A DNA stretch of 64,000 bases. Source: Candidatus Binatota bacterium. GTDB taxonomy: Bacteria > Desulfobacterota > Binatia > UBA1149. This document shows positions 53,466 to 62,765 of this stretch, one piece after another. The notes under the pieces were generated by a model. That model was not told where the DNA came from. It made no database searches and saw only the letters and a program-made list of their open reading frames with translations. A program made the position numbers and the translations under genes. Each line of letters begins with the position of its first letter. The stretch's first letter is position 1. Location: NCBI GenBank assembly GCA_012960245.1, contig DUBO01000050.1, forward strand, positions 38,039 to 102,038. Direction: 5' to 3'.

Positions 53466-54410
53466 GTGCTAGCCCTTGTTCTCGATAATTCCCTCGTGCG
53501 CTTGCAGCGCGGCCGGGACCGCCCCCTTTCGGGGGATGGCCTCGTAAGGGTGCGTACCCGCATAGGGGGCATATGCAATACCGACCTTGAGCTGGCCCGC
53601 GGTTACATGGGATTCGAGGGTGTGCTGGGGCACGAGTTCGTGGGCGAGGCCCTCGACGGCCAGCTGGCCGGCGCGCGGGTGGTGGGGGGAATCAATTTTT
53701 CCTGCCACGATTGCGCTACCTGTCGCGGCGGAAACCCCAGGCATTGTCCCCGGCGTACCGTGCTCGGCATCCAAGGTGCCGACGGGGTGTTTGCCGAGGA
53801 GTTTCTCATACCCGAGCGCAACCTTTCGCTGGTGCCCGACGGCGTGAGCGACGAGCAGGCCGTTTTTACCGAGCCGCTGGCCGCTGCCTGCCAGCTGGTG
53901 GCGCAGCTGGCAGGAGAAGTGCCGCCGACGGCGCTGGTGATGGGCGACGGCAAGCTCGGCTTGCTGCTGGCCCAGGTGCTGGCGGCCAACGCTTGCAGGG
54001 TGGAGCTCGTGGGCCGGCACCTCGACAAGCTCGGCTGGCTGAGGGATTCAGGTGTCAGCCTGGTCGAAGAGTTGCAGCAGGGTAAGACCTGGCCGTTGGT
54101 CGTGGAGGCCACCGGCAGTCGCGAAGGGCTGGAGGCCGCTCTGCAGGTTACAAGTCCGCGGGGAACGCTGGTGCTTAAGACTACCGTTGAGGGTAGTCAC
54201 GAGCTGAACCTGGCCCCGGTGGTTATCAACGAGATCACGATACTGGGTTCCCGCTGTGGCGCGTTTGAGCCGGCGCTGGAGCTTCTCGAGCGCGGCCTGG
54301 TCCAGACCGATCCAATGATCGGTGGGCGCTACGGGCTCGACGACGGCGAGAAAGCCTTTGAGCGTGCGGCCTGCCGCGGCGCCGGCAAAATACTGATCGA
54401 GGTGGGTTGA
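53466..54410 (+). CDS. zinc-dependent alcohol dehydrogenase (MDR family)
   Basis: GICNTDLELARGYMGFEGVLGHEFVGEA and the ...CHDCATCRGG structural Zn motif. Rossmann-fold region LVMGDGKLGLLLAQVL. Confidence 0.8.
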   Translation: MLALVLDNSLVRLQRGRDRPLSGDGLVRVRTRIGGICNTDLELARGYMGFEGVLGHEFVGEALDGQLAGARVVGGINFSCHDCATCRGGNPRHCPRRTVLGIQGADGVFAEEFLIPERNLSLVPDGVSDEQAVFTEPLAAACQLVAQLAGEVPPTALVMGDGKLGLLLAQVLAANACRVELVGRHLDKLGWLRDSGVSLVEELQQGKTWPLVVEATGSREGLEAALQVTSPRGTLVLKTTVEGSHELNLAPVVINEITILGSRCGAFEPALELLERGLVQTDPMIGGRYGLDDGEKAFERAACRGAGKILIEVG

Positions 54411-55597
54411 TGGATTTCGGTTACAGCGACGAGCAGGAAGTTTTCCGCGGCCGGCTGCGCAAGTGGCTCGAACAGTGCGGCGAAGACGGTTCTATTCCCC
54501 GGCTGAAGGGATTGGGCCTGGACGAAAAGGTCGCCGTGGGCAGGGTCTGGCAGAAGCGCTTGTATGAAGGAGGTTGGTGCGGGCTTTCCTGGCCCGCGGA
54601 GTACGGCGGGCAGGGGATCGGTATTGTCGAGCAGATAATTTTTCAGGAAGAGCTGGCCCGCGCGGGTTCGCCGCAGCTGGTCAACCTGCTGGCCCTGAGT
54701 ATGGTCGGTCCGATGATCATCGAGCATGGCAGCGAAACCCAGAAAAAACGCTTCCTGAAGTCGATCCTCAACGCCGACGAAATCTGGTGCCAGTGTTTCA
54801 GTGAGCCGGGCGCCGGTTCGGATCTCGCTTCGTTGTCCACCCAGGCCGAACTCGACGGTGACGACTACCTGGTAAATGGCACCAAGGTGTGGACCTCGTA
54901 CGCGCAGTACGCCGACTACTGCATCCTGCTCGCGCGTACAGATCGCGGCACGAAACCGCACGAGGGTATCACCATGCTGATCGTCGACATGAAGAGCGAT
55001 GGCGTCCAGGTGAGGCCCCTACGCCAGCTCAACGGCGACAGTGAGTTCAACGAGGTATACCTGGAGAACGTGCGTGTTCCGCGGTCGGGGGTCATAGGCG
55101 AGCCGGGCGGTGGCTGGAAGATGGCGATCGCCATGTTGATGCACGAGCGTGCGACGCTTACTTTCCAGAGGCAGTTACAGTCGCGCGTTGCGCTGGACGA
55201 CATGCTGAAGTTTGCCCGTGACTTTGACCACGGCAAGGGGGCGCCGGCCGATGATCCGGTCTACAGGCAGCGCCTGGCCCAGGCCTGGATAGAAAGCGAA
55301 GCCATACGGCTGACCTCGCTGAGGCACCTGACCCGGCGTCTCAAGGGCGACCCACCCGGCGCCGAGGGATCAATGGAAAAGCTGTTCTGGAGCGAGATGT
55401 ACCAGCGCATGCTGGCCGTGCCGATGTCGATGTCCGGCCCTTACTCGATGCTCTCCGGGGAGGATCCCAGGGCACCGCTGGCAGGCCAGTGGCCCGAACT
55501 CTACCTCTACTCTCGCGGGCGCACGATCGCCGCGGGCACCTCGGAGGTGCAGCGCAACATCATCGCCCAGCGCGTGCTGGGCATGCCCCGTTCCTGA
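54410..55597 (+). CDS. acyl-CoA dehydrogenase family protein
   Basis: TGATG coupling to the ADH. ...CQCFSEPGAGSDLASLSTQAELDGDDYLVNGTKVWTS...; C-terminal ...GTSEVQRNIIAQRVLG. Confidence 0.8.
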   Translation: MDFGYSDEQEVFRGRLRKWLEQCGEDGSIPRLKGLGLDEKVAVGRVWQKRLYEGGWCGLSWPAEYGGQGIGIVEQIIFQEELARAGSPQLVNLLALSMVGPMIIEHGSETQKKRFLKSILNADEIWCQCFSEPGAGSDLASLSTQAELDGDDYLVNGTKVWTSYAQYADYCILLARTDRGTKPHEGITMLIVDMKSDGVQVRPLRQLNGDSEFNEVYLENVRVPRSGVIGEPGGGWKMAIAMLMHERATLTFQRQLQSRVALDDMLKFARDFDHGKGAPADDPVYRQRLAQAWIESEAIRLTSLRHLTRRLKGDPPGAEGSMEKLFWSEMYQRMLAVPMSMSGPYSMLSGEDPRAPLAGQWPELYLYSRGRTIAAGTSEVQRNIIAQRVLGMPRS

Positions 55598-55608
55598 ACG
55601 AAGCAGGC

Positions 55609-56103
55609 TCAGGCAGTTTTGCGTATGCGGCGCCGCTCGCGTTTGGGGTTGATGCTGTGGCGACGTCCGTTGACGCGTCGGAAAGGGAAACGGTAGACCT
55701 GTCCCTCGACGCCGGCCAACCTGGCCCGGTCACGCCAGGTCTCCAGGCCCCTGCGAAGGTAGTCGGGCTCCATGTCCAGCGCCTGGCAGATACTCTCAAA
55801 CGAGAAGGCCCAGTCCATGTCTTCCGAATCCAGCCATGAGTCGACCGCGGCTTCGTCTTCAGAGGGCGGCAGCGGGATGCTGCCACCGCGGAAGACGTTG
55901 CGTTGGAACGAGGCGATCGCGTCTTCGAGCACGGCGAGCATCAGGCGTTTTTCCGGCACGAGCGAGGACTCGTCAAGGGGGTGGGTAAAGAACTGGGCGG
56001 GGCTCACCGTGTCAGGTTCGACCATGGTAAGGGCCGGGTCTTCTATGCATACGGTGCGTGATTTTCTCGGCTCAACGGTCTCGGTTTTTTGCTGCTCACT
56101 CAT
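55609..56103 (-). CDS. small acidic hypothetical protein (164 aa), paralog of CDS 12831-13244; last gene of the merR/diiron operon
   Basis: AAGGAG-N6-ATG. Shares VEPDTVSPAQFF...EKRLMLAVLEDAI..FQ...WLDSEDMDWAFSFESICQALDMEPDYLRRGLETWR with the 137-aa protein. Basic C-terminal tail (KRERRRIRK). Confidence 0.65.
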   Translation of the reverse strand: MSEQQKTETVEPRKSRTVCIEDPALTMVEPDTVSPAQFFTHPLDESSLVPEKRLMLAVLEDAIASFQRNVFRGGSIPLPPSEDEAAVDSWLDSEDMDWAFSFESICQALDMEPDYLRRGLETWRDRARLAGVEGQVYRFPFRRVNGRRHSINPKRERRRIRKTA

Positions 56104-56151
56104 TTTATGCTCCTTTTTTCTCTCTCTACTCGATTTCGTACGATAAACGGC

Positions 56152-57231
56152 TCAGGCCACTAGCGATGTCTCGGCTTGGGCTTCGGTGTTGTACTCGTTC
56201 ACCAGCGCTGCCGGGTCGGCGAACTCTTCTTCAGACGAGGGCATGCTCTCGAACTCGAGGATGTCGAGTTCTTCGAATCCCCTTCTCAGCTTGTCGTTGA
56301 GCAGCCCGAGTTTCTTGACGTTGGGTACGATCTTGGAAAACATCGCGCGGCGGAAGGCCTTGGACATTTCGTCGTGATATTCGATCTCAACGCAGGCTTC
56401 GACGTCCATGCCCATCTTCTCGTAGACCTCGCGCTGCAGCAGTCGATCGCGCATCAGGCGGCAGCCTTCGTAGACAAATTCCACGCGCTCGTCGACCTCT
56501 GCCTCGCTCAACTCGCGGTAGTAGTCCTTCAGGCTGAGTACGCCGAAGGCAACATGGCGCGACTCGTCTTTCATGACCATGGCCGTGAGTTCCTTGATCA
56601 GCGGCTCGGTGCTGTAGTCACGCATGGTCTGGAAGGCGGCCAGCGCCAAGCCCTCCACGAGTATCTGCATGCCGAGGTACTTCATGTCCCAGCGTGAGTC
56701 GCTGAGAATCTGGTCGAGGAGGGTCTTGAGCTCCGGGTTTATCGGGTAGACGATCTCGATCTTTTCATGCAGGTAACGGTCGTAGACCTCCACGTGACGG
56801 GCTTCGTCCATGACCTGGGTCGCCGCGTAGAGTTTTGCGTCTATGTTGGGCACCGAGTCCACGATCTGCGCGGTTGCCAGCAGGGCGCCCTGCTCACCGT
56901 GCAGAAACTGCGAGAGTGTCCACGCCATCGACTCGTGGTTGAGTTGGACTTTCTCGCGCTCGGTGAGACGGGTCCAGTGCGAGGTGCCGGAAATGGCTGT
57001 TTCTTCTACCGGGAAAAAAGGCTTTTCCGGGTCAACGTCGATTGACCAGTCGAGGTAGGTCTCGCCGTCCCACTGTGCCTGCTTGGCCATGCGGTAGAGC
57101 CGCACGAGGTCACCGCGCAAGTGATCGTAGTCCGCTAGAAAGGCGCTGTCGTAGCTGTGGGCCACGCTGTCGAAGGCCCGGGCTACCAGCGGCGGAGTGG
57201 TTTGGTCAGCGATTGTTTCTTTCCGGGGCAT
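56152..57231 (-). CDS. ferritin-like diiron-carboxylate oxygenase, AurF/CmlI-like (two EX29DEXRH motifs)
   Basis: HGEqgall...(29 residues)...MDEARHVEVY and VEGLAL...(29 residues)...KDESRHVAFG, i.e. two E-X29-DExRH half-sites as in p-aminobenzoate N-oxygenase-type diiron enzymes. Soluble, 359 aa. Acyl-ACP-desaturase-like is an alternative. Confidence 0.6.
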   Translation of the reverse strand: MPRKETIADQTTPPLVARAFDSVAHSYDSAFLADYDHLRGDLVRLYRMAKQAQWDGETYLDWSIDVDPEKPFFPVEETAISGTSHWTRLTEREKVQLNHESMAWTLSQFLHGEQGALLATAQIVDSVPNIDAKLYAATQVMDEARHVEVYDRYLHEKIEIVYPINPELKTLLDQILSDSRWDMKYLGMQILVEGLALAAFQTMRDYSTEPLIKELTAMVMKDESRHVAFGVLSLKDYYRELSEAEVDERVEFVYEGCRLMRDRLLQREVYEKMGMDVEACVEIEYHDEMSKAFRRAMFSKIVPNVKKLGLLNDKLRRGFEELDILEFESMPSSEEEFADPAALVNEYNTEAQAETSLVA

Positions 57232-57258
57232 TTTTCTTATTTCTCTTCCGGCTGCTCT

Positions 57259-58053
57259 TCAGTCGTTGGTACCCGTATTTTCAGTTTCGTTACCGAGCCT
57301 GATTTCCGCCATGGCGCGTAGTATCATCTTGCGCCTCAAGAGTGCCATGAACTGCTCGGCGTGCTTCATGGCGGCTATTGCTATTTCGGGCACGCGCTCG
57401 GGGTCGGAATGGTCGGTCACGCCCCGCGTGAAAATTTTGATTTCTTCGCGGGCGAGCTTTTCGAGCGCTTCCACGTAGATGGGCAGCGTAGTCTCGTAGG
57501 GGAACAACTCCGGTCCCATGCCGGCCTCGCGCATGGCCTGGAAGTTTTCGAGCAGCAGAAGGTCATCGCCCTCTACGCAGCTCACGCCTTCGCGTTGCAT
57601 GGGGGTGATGATTCCCAGGCGAACGCAGAAGTCGAAACGATCCCGGTCCACGCCGTAGCGGGCCAGGGCTTCTTCTACCGGCACCGGCGGCTGGTCGGGC
57701 GCGTAATGAATTTCTTCGTACAGTGTTCCCTCGATGCCCAGCAGGGTGCTGACCTCGCGCTCGCTCACCACCTCGGAGTCGTGCTCGAGTATGGCCTTGA
57801 TGACGTCCAGGGGCAGGAAACGCTTCTGCTGCAGTTCCTTGATCACGCGGATGCGCTCAATAAACGAGTGATCGTACCAGGCCATGTTGCGTCCGGTCTT
57901 CACCGTGGGTTTGGGCAGAAGGCCTTCGCGGATGTAGAATTTTATGGTGCCGGTAGACACGCCGGTCTCGCGCGCGAGATCGGAGATCTTGTGCAGGCCC
58001 GTGGTGCTCGGGTGATTGTCGGTGTCGGTGTCGGTGTTTCTGGTTCTCGTCAT
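57259..58053 (-). CDS. MerR-family transcriptional regulator with long C-terminal domain
   Basis: HTH LHKISDLARETGVSTGTIKFYIREGLLPKP...WYDHSFIERIRVIKELQ (MerR N-domain). TDTDTD repeat at the N-terminus. The ~170-aa C-terminal domain has no B12 motif. Confidence 0.75.
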   Translation of the reverse strand: MTRTRNTDTDTDNHPSTTGLHKISDLARETGVSTGTIKFYIREGLLPKPTVKTGRNMAWYDHSFIERIRVIKELQQKRFLPLDVIKAILEHDSEVVSEREVSTLLGIEGTLYEEIHYAPDQPPVPVEEALARYGVDRDRFDFCVRLGIITPMQREGVSCVEGDDLLLLENFQAMREAGMGPELFPYETTLPIYVEALEKLAREEIKIFTRGVTDHSDPERVPEIAIAAMKHAEQFMALLRRKMILRAMAEIRLGNETENTGTND

Positions 58054-58216
58054 GGTAAGTAGAAAGTGCGACTATCCACTTACTATAACCAGGGCATGGC
58101 TGTCAAGGGATTTCTCGGAACGGCAGAACTTTTTTTTCCGGGCCAAAAACGGCTGGGAACCAATAAAATACTGGCCTTTTTGACAATTCACCCTTTGCCG
58201 AGCAGTCTGCTCGCCA

Positions 58217-59857
58217 GTGTCTGAGTCGTTTCAGCCAGCTCCAGAAACGGCCCCCCCGACCAGGGGGGAGCGTCTTGGCCAGGCGGCCGAGGGCTGCTTT
58301 GACCTCGTCGTGGTGGGCGGAGGGATCACCGGCGCGGGGGTCGCCCGCGAGGCGTCGGCCCGTGGATTATCTACCCTGCTGCTCGACCGTGGAGACTTTG
58401 CCGGGGGCACCAGCAGCCGTTCGTCCAAGCTCATTCACGGCGGTATACGCTACCTCGCCCAGGGTGACGTAGCCCTGGTGCGAGAGGCTTCGCGCGAGCG
58501 CGCGGTATTGCACCGCATGGCTCCGCACCTGGCCGTGCCCATCAACGTTGTTTCGCCCGCGCGATCGAAAGCCGGCTTGGCCAAGCTGGCAACCGGCATG
58601 TGGACCTTCCGCCGATTGTCGGCCGACGGTGAAGATTACAAGGTGCTGGGGTCACGCCAGACGGTTGAGTTTGAGCCCTTGCTGGCCGATCGCGGCATCG
58701 CTGGCTCGGTGGTGTTTCGCGAGTACCTCACCGATGACGCGCGCCTGGTACTCGAGACGGTGCTGAGCGCTGCTGATTCTGGCGCGGTGGTTCTCAACTA
58801 CACCGAAGTCACAGGTATAGAGATGGGAGAGGCTGGCGCCATGCTGTCGGCCCGCGACGTACTGGGAGCCGACGACCTGGTGATCAGGGCGCGCTGCGTG
58901 GTAAACGCTGCCGGCCCCTGGTTCGACGAGGTGGCCGGACTCGCCGACGCTTCGCAGCGGCCCCGCCTGCAGTTGACCCGGGGTATTCACGTTGTGGTCA
59001 AGGGCGAGGCCCTGCCGTTGGCGAGCATGCTGGCCTTGCGCACGAGCGACAATCGCACCGCGTTTGCGCTTCCTCGAGGCGGCGCGTGCTACGTGGGGAC
59101 GACCGACACGCTCTACGAGGGCGACCCGGCCGAGCCCGATATCGAGGGTGCCGACGTTGCCTACCTGCTCGACGCGGTCGAAGAGACACTCGGTTTGCGC
59201 TTGCGGGCCGACGACCTGCTCGGTTGCTGGGCGGGGGTGCGGCCGCTCATGGCATCGCCCGGTCGCAAGGTGTCGGAGATATCGCGGCGCGACGAGCTCA
59301 GTAGCGGCCCCGGTCCGCTGGTGTCGATAGCTGGTGGCAAGCTGACGACCTTTCGCCGCATGGCCGAAAGGGTCGTTGACGCCGCTGTCAAACAGGCCGA
59401 CCTGAAGCCGAGTGCCGGGCCGCCGGGCGACACGCCGTTGGTGGGAGGCAGCGCTGACCAGCAACTCGAGGCCCGGGCCTGCGCTGTCGGCCTCGAGGAC
59501 AGCGAGCTAGAGCAGCGTTTGTGGGCTGTCTACGGCGCCCGGGCCCCGGGGCTACTGCGCTGTATCGCCGATGACCCCGCCCTGGGCAGAGCCGTGGGCG
59601 GTCTCAAAGACCTGACCCTGGCCGAGCTCGAGCACTGCGTTGAACAGGAAATGGTGCTCACCCTCGATGACCTGTTGCGACGCCGTGTGCGCACTGCGAT
59701 GTTCGACGCCGAGGCGGCCATGGCTGCTGCGCCCGAGGCCGCTCGTGCGCTGGCGGTGAGATTGGGCTGGGACGATGACCGGCGGCGGCGGGAAGTGGAC
59801 GTTTTTGTCTCGAGAACCCGTGCCCAGCTTTCTGCGGCGCGCGACGCAGCAAAATAG
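58217..59857 (+). CDS. glpD: FAD-dependent glycerol-3-phosphate dehydrogenase (GlpD-type)
   Basis: FDLVVVGGGITGAGVAREASARGLSTLLLDRGDFAGGTSSRSSKLIHGGIRYLAQGDVALVREASRERAVLHRMAPHLA, near-collinear with the E. coli GlpD N-terminus. Confidence 0.85.
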   Translation: MSESFQPAPETAPPTRGERLGQAAEGCFDLVVVGGGITGAGVAREASARGLSTLLLDRGDFAGGTSSRSSKLIHGGIRYLAQGDVALVREASRERAVLHRMAPHLAVPINVVSPARSKAGLAKLATGMWTFRRLSADGEDYKVLGSRQTVEFEPLLADRGIAGSVVFREYLTDDARLVLETVLSAADSGAVVLNYTEVTGIEMGEAGAMLSARDVLGADDLVIRARCVVNAAGPWFDEVAGLADASQRPRLQLTRGIHVVVKGEALPLASMLALRTSDNRTAFALPRGGACYVGTTDTLYEGDPAEPDIEGADVAYLLDAVEETLGLRLRADDLLGCWAGVRPLMASPGRKVSEISRRDELSSGPGPLVSIAGGKLTTFRRMAERVVDAAVKQADLKPSAGPPGDTPLVGGSADQQLEARACAVGLEDSELEQRLWAVYGARAPGLLRCIADDPALGRAVGGLKDLTLAELEHCVEQEMVLTLDDLLRRRVRTAMFDAEAAMAAAPEAARALAVRLGWDDDRRRREVDVFVSRTRAQLSAARDAAK

Positions 59858-59887
59858 AACAGCGGCGCTGAGCTGTGGAGACGAGCT

Positions 59888-61297
59888 ATGACTGAACAGG
59901 TAGAAGGGCTGGACAAGCTGGCGGCCGACGCTCCCGGTCTCGAAATAGTGACCGAGGGCGAGCTGCTCGAGGAAACCGGCCGCGACACCTGGATGCGCAG
60001 TCTCATGCAGGCACGCGCGAGTGGGCGCGAACCGCGGGCGGGGGCGGTGCTCAGACCCGGCAACACCGCGGAACTTTCGGCAGCCCTGCGCTGGGCCGGG
60101 GAGACCGGCACACCGGTGCTGCCCTACGGGCACGGCTCGGGCGTGTGTGGCGGCGTGTTGGCGTCGGCGGGTAGCGTGGTAGTCGACCTGCGGCGCATGG
60201 ATGCCGTGCTCAATATAGACGACGTTTCGTTGAGGGCGACCGTCCAGGCTGGCGTGCGGGGCTCCGACTTTGAGGCTGCTCTCAACGAGCGCGGTCTGAC
60301 GATGGGGCACTGCCCGCAGTCGATCGAGATTTCGAGTGTCGGCGGTTGGTGCGCCACGCGCGCCTCGGGCCAGTTCTCTACCCTGTATGGAAACATCGAG
60401 GATATGTTGCTGGGCTGCGAGTTCGTACTGCCCGGGGGCAGGGTACTCAGGCTGGCCAGTTCCACCCGTTCGGCCACCGGCCCCGATCTTAAGCACATGT
60501 TGATGGGCAGCGAGGGCACACTGGGCATATTCAGCGAGCTTACTTTCCGTGTGCATCCCTTGCCTGACTGCAGGCGCGGCCAGGCCTTCACCGTGCCCGA
60601 TTTTGCCGCTGGCGTGGAATCACTCAGGCTGATAATGCGCGGGGGGTGGCGGCCGGCGGTTACCCGCCTGTACGATGCGGCCGAAGCGGGTCGTCATTTT
60701 GCCGGCATGGCCGAGGGCGCACCTGCCCTGCTGTTTCTGAGCGAGGGGCCCGAGTCGCTCGTGCAGGCTGAGTCTGCGGCCATAGCCGCCATAGTGGAAA
60801 CGCAGGGCGGCACGCCGCGCGGCGAAGAGCCGGTTCTCAGCTGGATGGAGCACCGCAACCAGGTGCCCACTTTTGACTCCCTGCTCGACCAGGGGCTGGT
60901 GGCCGACACCATAGAGGTGGCCATTGCCTGGGACAGGCTTTCGGCCCTCTACGACGATGTAAGCAAAAAGGGCGGGGAGATAGAGGACATGCTCCTCATG
61001 TCGGGGCATGTTTCGCACTGCTATACCCACGGTGCGAATATTTATTTTACCTTCGTAGCGTCCCAGCCCGATCTCGAGCGAGGCCTGGAGATTTACGACC
61101 GGGCCTGGGAAACCACCATGCGCGCAGTTCACGAAGCGGGCGGCACGATCGCTCACCATCACGGCATCGGCCGCGTGAGACGCGGCTGGTTGAGAGCCGA
61201 GCTGGGCGAGGGCGTCGAGTTGTTGCGTGCCCTCAAGGACTCGTTGGACCCCGGGGGCATCATGAATCCGGGCGTGCTGCTGGAGCCCGCCGAATGA
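59888..61297 (+). CDS. FAD-linked oxidase (FAD_binding_4 + FAD-oxidase_C); alkyl-dihydroxyacetonephosphate-synthase-like with HHH motif
   Basis: RPGNTAELSAALRWAGETGTPVLPYGHGSGVCGG (FAD-binding PCMH). C-terminal GGTIAHHHGIGRVRRGWL...SLDPGGIMNPG. The HHHG(I/V)G(K/R) block is characteristic of AGPS rather than GlcD (GEHGIG). Confidence 0.65.
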   Translation: MTEQVEGLDKLAADAPGLEIVTEGELLEETGRDTWMRSLMQARASGREPRAGAVLRPGNTAELSAALRWAGETGTPVLPYGHGSGVCGGVLASAGSVVVDLRRMDAVLNIDDVSLRATVQAGVRGSDFEAALNERGLTMGHCPQSIEISSVGGWCATRASGQFSTLYGNIEDMLLGCEFVLPGGRVLRLASSTRSATGPDLKHMLMGSEGTLGIFSELTFRVHPLPDCRRGQAFTVPDFAAGVESLRLIMRGGWRPAVTRLYDAAEAGRHFAGMAEGAPALLFLSEGPESLVQAESAAIAAIVETQGGTPRGEEPVLSWMEHRNQVPTFDSLLDQGLVADTIEVAIAWDRLSALYDDVSKKGGEIEDMLLMSGHVSHCYTHGANIYFTFVASQPDLERGLEIYDRAWETTMRAVHEAGGTIAHHHGIGRVRRGWLRAELGEGVELLRALKDSLDPGGIMNPGVLLEPAE

Positions 61298-62763
61298 AAA
61301 CCGCGCTGCTCGCGCTCGACGCGGGCACCACCCAGATAAAGGCGGTTGCCTACGATGAGAAGGGCACGGTGCTGGCCCGCGCCGTGAGGCCGGTGACCAC
61401 CATTTATCCGGGGCCCGGGCTGGTGGAGCAGGACGCGTCGCAGGTGCTGGCCGCGTCGGTCGAGGTACTCACAGAGGTGCTGGGCCGGACGGGCGGCAAG
61501 GCCGAGGGAGTAAAGGCCCTGGGCATAGCCAACCAGCGGGGCTCGATAGTGGCCTGGGACTCGGTCAGCACGGAGCCCTTGTCGCCGATGATAAGCTGGC
61601 AGGACACGCGCGGGGCTGAGCGTTGCGAGCAGTTGCAGGCGGCCGGGTTTTTCGTGATGCCGGGGATGGCGGCGAGCAAGGCCGAGTGGATCATGGCCAA
61701 CATCGAAGCCGCGGCCACGGCAGCAGCCGCGGGCCGGCTGCGCATGGGAACGCCCAACTCCTGGTTGGTGGCAGGCCTCTGTGGAGGCTTGCACACCTGC
61801 GATCACTCCAACGCTTTTCCCAGCGGCCTGTACGACTTTGCCGATGGTGACTGGAGCGATGCCCTGCTGGTGGAGCTTGGCCTCGAACGCGCCATGTTAC
61901 CCGAGCTCGTAGACTCCAAGCTGGTGACCGGAGGCCTGCAGGCGGAACTGCTCGGTGCCCCGGTGCCGCTGGGCTGTACTTCGGCCGATCAGCAGGCCTC
62001 GTTGTTCGGGCTCGATTGCCTTGTTGAGGGCAGCGCCAAGTGCACGCTGGGGACCTCGGCTTCGGTCAATCTCAATACCGGGGGCAAGCTGCGGCTCGGT
62101 GGGCCGGGAACTTTTCCGCTGGTGGCCTGGAGAGAGGACGGCGTGTCGACTTACTGTATGGAGGGGCAGGTCCTCACCGCAGGCGAAGCCCTGCGTTGGG
62201 CGGCCACTGCGCTGGGCTTTGACGGTGGCCCGGCGGCCCTGGCAGCACAGGCCGAAACAGCCGACGATTGCGGGGGCGCCTGGATGATCCCTGCCCTCCA
62301 CGGCCTCGGTACTCCCTGGCAGAATGATGTGCAGGCCCAGCTGGGAGGGCTTTCGGCGGCCGTGGGTCGCGCGCAGCTCGCGCGCGCGAGCGTTGAAGGA
62401 GTGGCCCACCGTGTGGTCGATGCTGCCGAGGGGCTGTGGCAAACCCCCGGCGAGACGCTATCTACCGAGCCATTACCCCTCGAAGTGCTGCGGGTTGATG
62501 GTGGGGCCTCGAGCAGCGAGATGTTGCTACAGATGATCGCTGACTTTGCAGGCACGCGGGTCGAGCGCAGCAGTGATCTCGACGGTGGCGCCCGTGGCGT
62601 TGCCCTGATGGCGGCCGCAGCGGTGGGACTCGAGCTGGGCGAGGGCGGAGATGGCTGGTCGTTTGACCGGGCATTTGAACCCGCCCTGACCGAAGAGCGA
62701 AGGCTCGAGCAGCGCGCGACCTGGAAGGCTCGCGTGCAGGCCCTGGTCGAGGTCAGCAGCTGA
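61294..62763 (+). CDS. FGGY-family carbohydrate kinase (glycerol kinase-like)
   Basis: ALDAGTTQIKAVAYDEKGTVLARAVRPVTTIYPGPGLVEQDASQV...NQRGSIVAWD. C-terminal ...VDGGASSSEMLLQMIADFAG. Confidence 0.75.
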   Translation: MKTALLALDAGTTQIKAVAYDEKGTVLARAVRPVTTIYPGPGLVEQDASQVLAASVEVLTEVLGRTGGKAEGVKALGIANQRGSIVAWDSVSTEPLSPMISWQDTRGAERCEQLQAAGFFVMPGMAASKAEWIMANIEAAATAAAAGRLRMGTPNSWLVAGLCGGLHTCDHSNAFPSGLYDFADGDWSDALLVELGLERAMLPELVDSKLVTGGLQAELLGAPVPLGCTSADQQASLFGLDCLVEGSAKCTLGTSASVNLNTGGKLRLGGPGTFPLVAWREDGVSTYCMEGQVLTAGEALRWAATALGFDGGPAALAAQAETADDCGGAWMIPALHGLGTPWQNDVQAQLGGLSAAVGRAQLARASVEGVAHRVVDAAEGLWQTPGETLSTEPLPLEVLRVDGGASSSEMLLQMIADFAGTRVERSSDLDGGARGVALMAAAAVGLELGEGGDGWSFDRAFEPALTEERRLEQRATWKARVQALVEVSS

Positions 62764-62765
62764 CC

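Noticed and set aside
58054-58216. Divergent merR / glpD intergenic region searched for a MerR-type 19-20-bp-spacer promoter
   Set aside because: ttgaca elements are present (cccttgacagcc and ctttttgacaattc), but I could not pair them with a convincing -10 at 19-20 bp or with a clear dyad, so no operator is called.
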